Positions 23,701-24,000 of a stretch of 24,000 bases of DNA are shown one piece after another. The DNA lies in assembly GCA_963722555.1 (NCBI GenBank), contig CAVRNQ010000007.1, positions 853,013 to 877,012 of the forward strand, written 5' to 3'. Made by a program: the position numbers and the translations under genes. The notes under the pieces were generated by a model. The model was not told the origin of the DNA, ran no database searches, and saw only the letters and a list, made by a program, of their open reading frames with translations. Each line of letters begins with the position of its first letter. Within the stretch, counting starts at the first letter, position 1. This stretch comes from an uncultured Acidobacteriota bacterium. GTDB taxonomy: Bacteria > Acidobacteriota > Terriglobia > UBA7540.

Positions 23701-24000
23701 TGCCCCCCCGACGGCGTGCCTGTTTTCGCCAGCATTTTCGCCGAAGACACGATCGCCAATTCCAACTACAACTCACTGCAGGCCCTGCTGGAGAAGCGCT
23801 TCTCCAAAGGGATGGAATTCCGCGCTTCCTACACCTGGAGCAAATCCTTCGATCAGGCTTCGAGCTTCGAGAATGTCTTGAACCCTCTTGATATTCGCCG
23901 GAGCTGGGCTTTGTCGCTCTTCGATGCCCGGCACCGTCTGGTGTACAGCTACGTGTGGCAACTCCCTATTGCACAACGCCGGGGCTGGGCTGGCAAGCTA
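20746..24000 (+). CDS. TonB-dependent receptor with N-terminal carboxypeptidase-regulatory-like domain (3' partial, runs off window end)
   Basis: Absent from the ORF track because it is open to the window end. My translation from TTG 20746 (AGGAGA upstream) starts with MNLHPLSRVLTLWVVMLSAVSGLWGQTTGTIRGTVKDPSGAVIPGARV...GDYVFPALPVGRYTVVVVAEGF. It continues with ...VVTDREVTQLPLNARD...VNGGRGRSNNFTVNGGDANDQF...FGRNSGSVVNVVTKSGTN. The frame is still open at 23941-24000 (VYSYVWQLPIAQRRGWAGKL). Confidence 0.85.
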   Translation, partial: MNLHPLSRVLTLWVVMLSAVSGLWGQTTGTIRGTVKDPSGAVIPGARVRAVLAEAYVNRTTQTTEEGDYVFPALPVGRYTVVVVAEGFREFRQLDVEVQIGHVAIVNADLQLGTLAQVVTAEAIAPLVETTSTQLGAVVTDREVTQLPLNARDTYQLLQLQPGVQSQVGSDLFYGSNRAGVVSVNGGRGRSNNFTVNGGDANDQFANLPAIQPSPDSIEEFRVMTSTFDAEFGRNSGSVVNVVTKSGTNALRGDLYEFIRNQHMNARNFFEVTRPDFKQNQFGGTLGGPIKRDQSFFFLSYEGRRIHQGIPSATVAVPTAAERQGDFSAGSTFAGTLADPFLAGVLAARPGCAAAVQRNTGASVAPGVPYAAIFPGNTIPGECFDPTAADLMKQFVPLPDSGAQFFQASPLERNRVDQGTVRIDQKLTDHQQLNAYYYFDDDYLAKPFARFEAGGATLPGFGDLTNERFQQINLTHTWASGATGVNELRFSFFREGQGRFLHPQRTGLVQGSCQNVPADQCFSDPNNPRAGITPNLGASHEGVPFVAVSGGFSLGDNFEGELPQFGNTFQWADNFSKVVGKHTLKFGADLHRQQFNQTLYFAVNGQYNYFGGGPNDVGFDDLVPNYLLGVPDIYLEGSAQHEYVRGTGLYLYAEDSWKVQPNFTLNYGLRWELNTPIADVGGRTQTFRPGQDSHVFPCQLAPDNPLVGIYGSTACGPGSAGEAVFPRGLVMPGDPGIPQGLTQTYYRSVAPRLGLAWSPSAGSGWVKKLTGGPDQTSIRMGWGLFYNPIEQLVLEQFNGEPPFGGSSSLSNSLFNTPFIGQDGTVNPNPFNGILNPQRGQPVDFSQFRPIQLYGQFQPKLRSQYSAQYNFTVQRQLTPNLLVQIGYVGSQGHRLLATHDLNYAGAQTCLDLHQIASLAGDSSNDCGPFAEDNSYFLPAGAIPSGVTLHLPYGSVPAVTGPNPTPITLVGLRPYSAPFCQPTTGDGCPPDGVPVFASIFAEDTIANSNYNSLQALLEKRFSKGMEFRASYTWSKSFDQASSFENVLNPLDIRRSWALSLFDARHRLVYSYVWQLPIAQRRGWAGKL

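Noticed and set aside
1-24000. tRNA, rRNA, tmRNA and riboswitch genes
   Set aside because: Scanning the intergenic regions by eye, I found no T-loop/acceptor-stem pattern or other recognisable RNA-gene signature. A tRNAscan/Infernal run would be needed to exclude them formally.

Overview
This is a 24-kb high-GC bacterial chromosomal window. The gene content suggests an Acidobacteriota-like genome (inference only): a CarboxypepD_reg-type TonB-dependent receptor, a Tes-like radical SAM enzyme and many GC-rich REP hairpins. No database search was possible; all product calls come from motifs I read in the translations.

Positions 1-13.3 kb hold mostly intact genes. These are a 5'-partial Xaa-Pro aminopeptidase and a processive GT2 glycosyltransferase, then a small toxin-antitoxin cluster (higBA, vapBC, an orphan RHH antitoxin). 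After that come a MOT1-type molybdate/sulfate-family transporter in an operon with a Tat-signal sugar-phosphate isomerase/epimerase, and a low-GC orphan RelA/SpoT-domain gene. The block ends with a Tes/COG1964-like radical SAM enzyme, a Cys-rich zinc-ribbon protein, a second Tat-signal TIM-barrel isomerase and a small membrane protein.

Positions 13.3-20.7 kb are an IS-riddled, decayed segment. Two near-identical 1421-bp IS4-family copies sit in inverted orientation, each with its own target-site duplication. Between them lie an IS701-family element and relics of cytochrome oxidase subunit I, an Eco29kI-type restriction endonuclease and an S1/P1 nuclease. A small GIY-YIG nuclease gene there is bracketed by REP hairpins and a perfect 35-bp direct repeat. 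The window ends in a 3'-partial TonB-dependent receptor.

The signals I consider most worth follow-up are:
1. Two paralogous, oppositely oriented non-coding loci (4769-5390 and 15027-15799). Each has a near-consensus promoter, identical simple-sequence blocks, an AT-rich motif array and a conserved 33-nt core that overlaps a same-length 21-codon mini-ORF.
2. The orphan RelA/SpoT protein with a ~140-aa C-terminal extension, which could be a fused toxSAS/CapRel-like module.
3. The GIY-YIG/REP cassette.
4. The bacterial Tes homologue.

I saw no rRNA, tRNA or CRISPR array.
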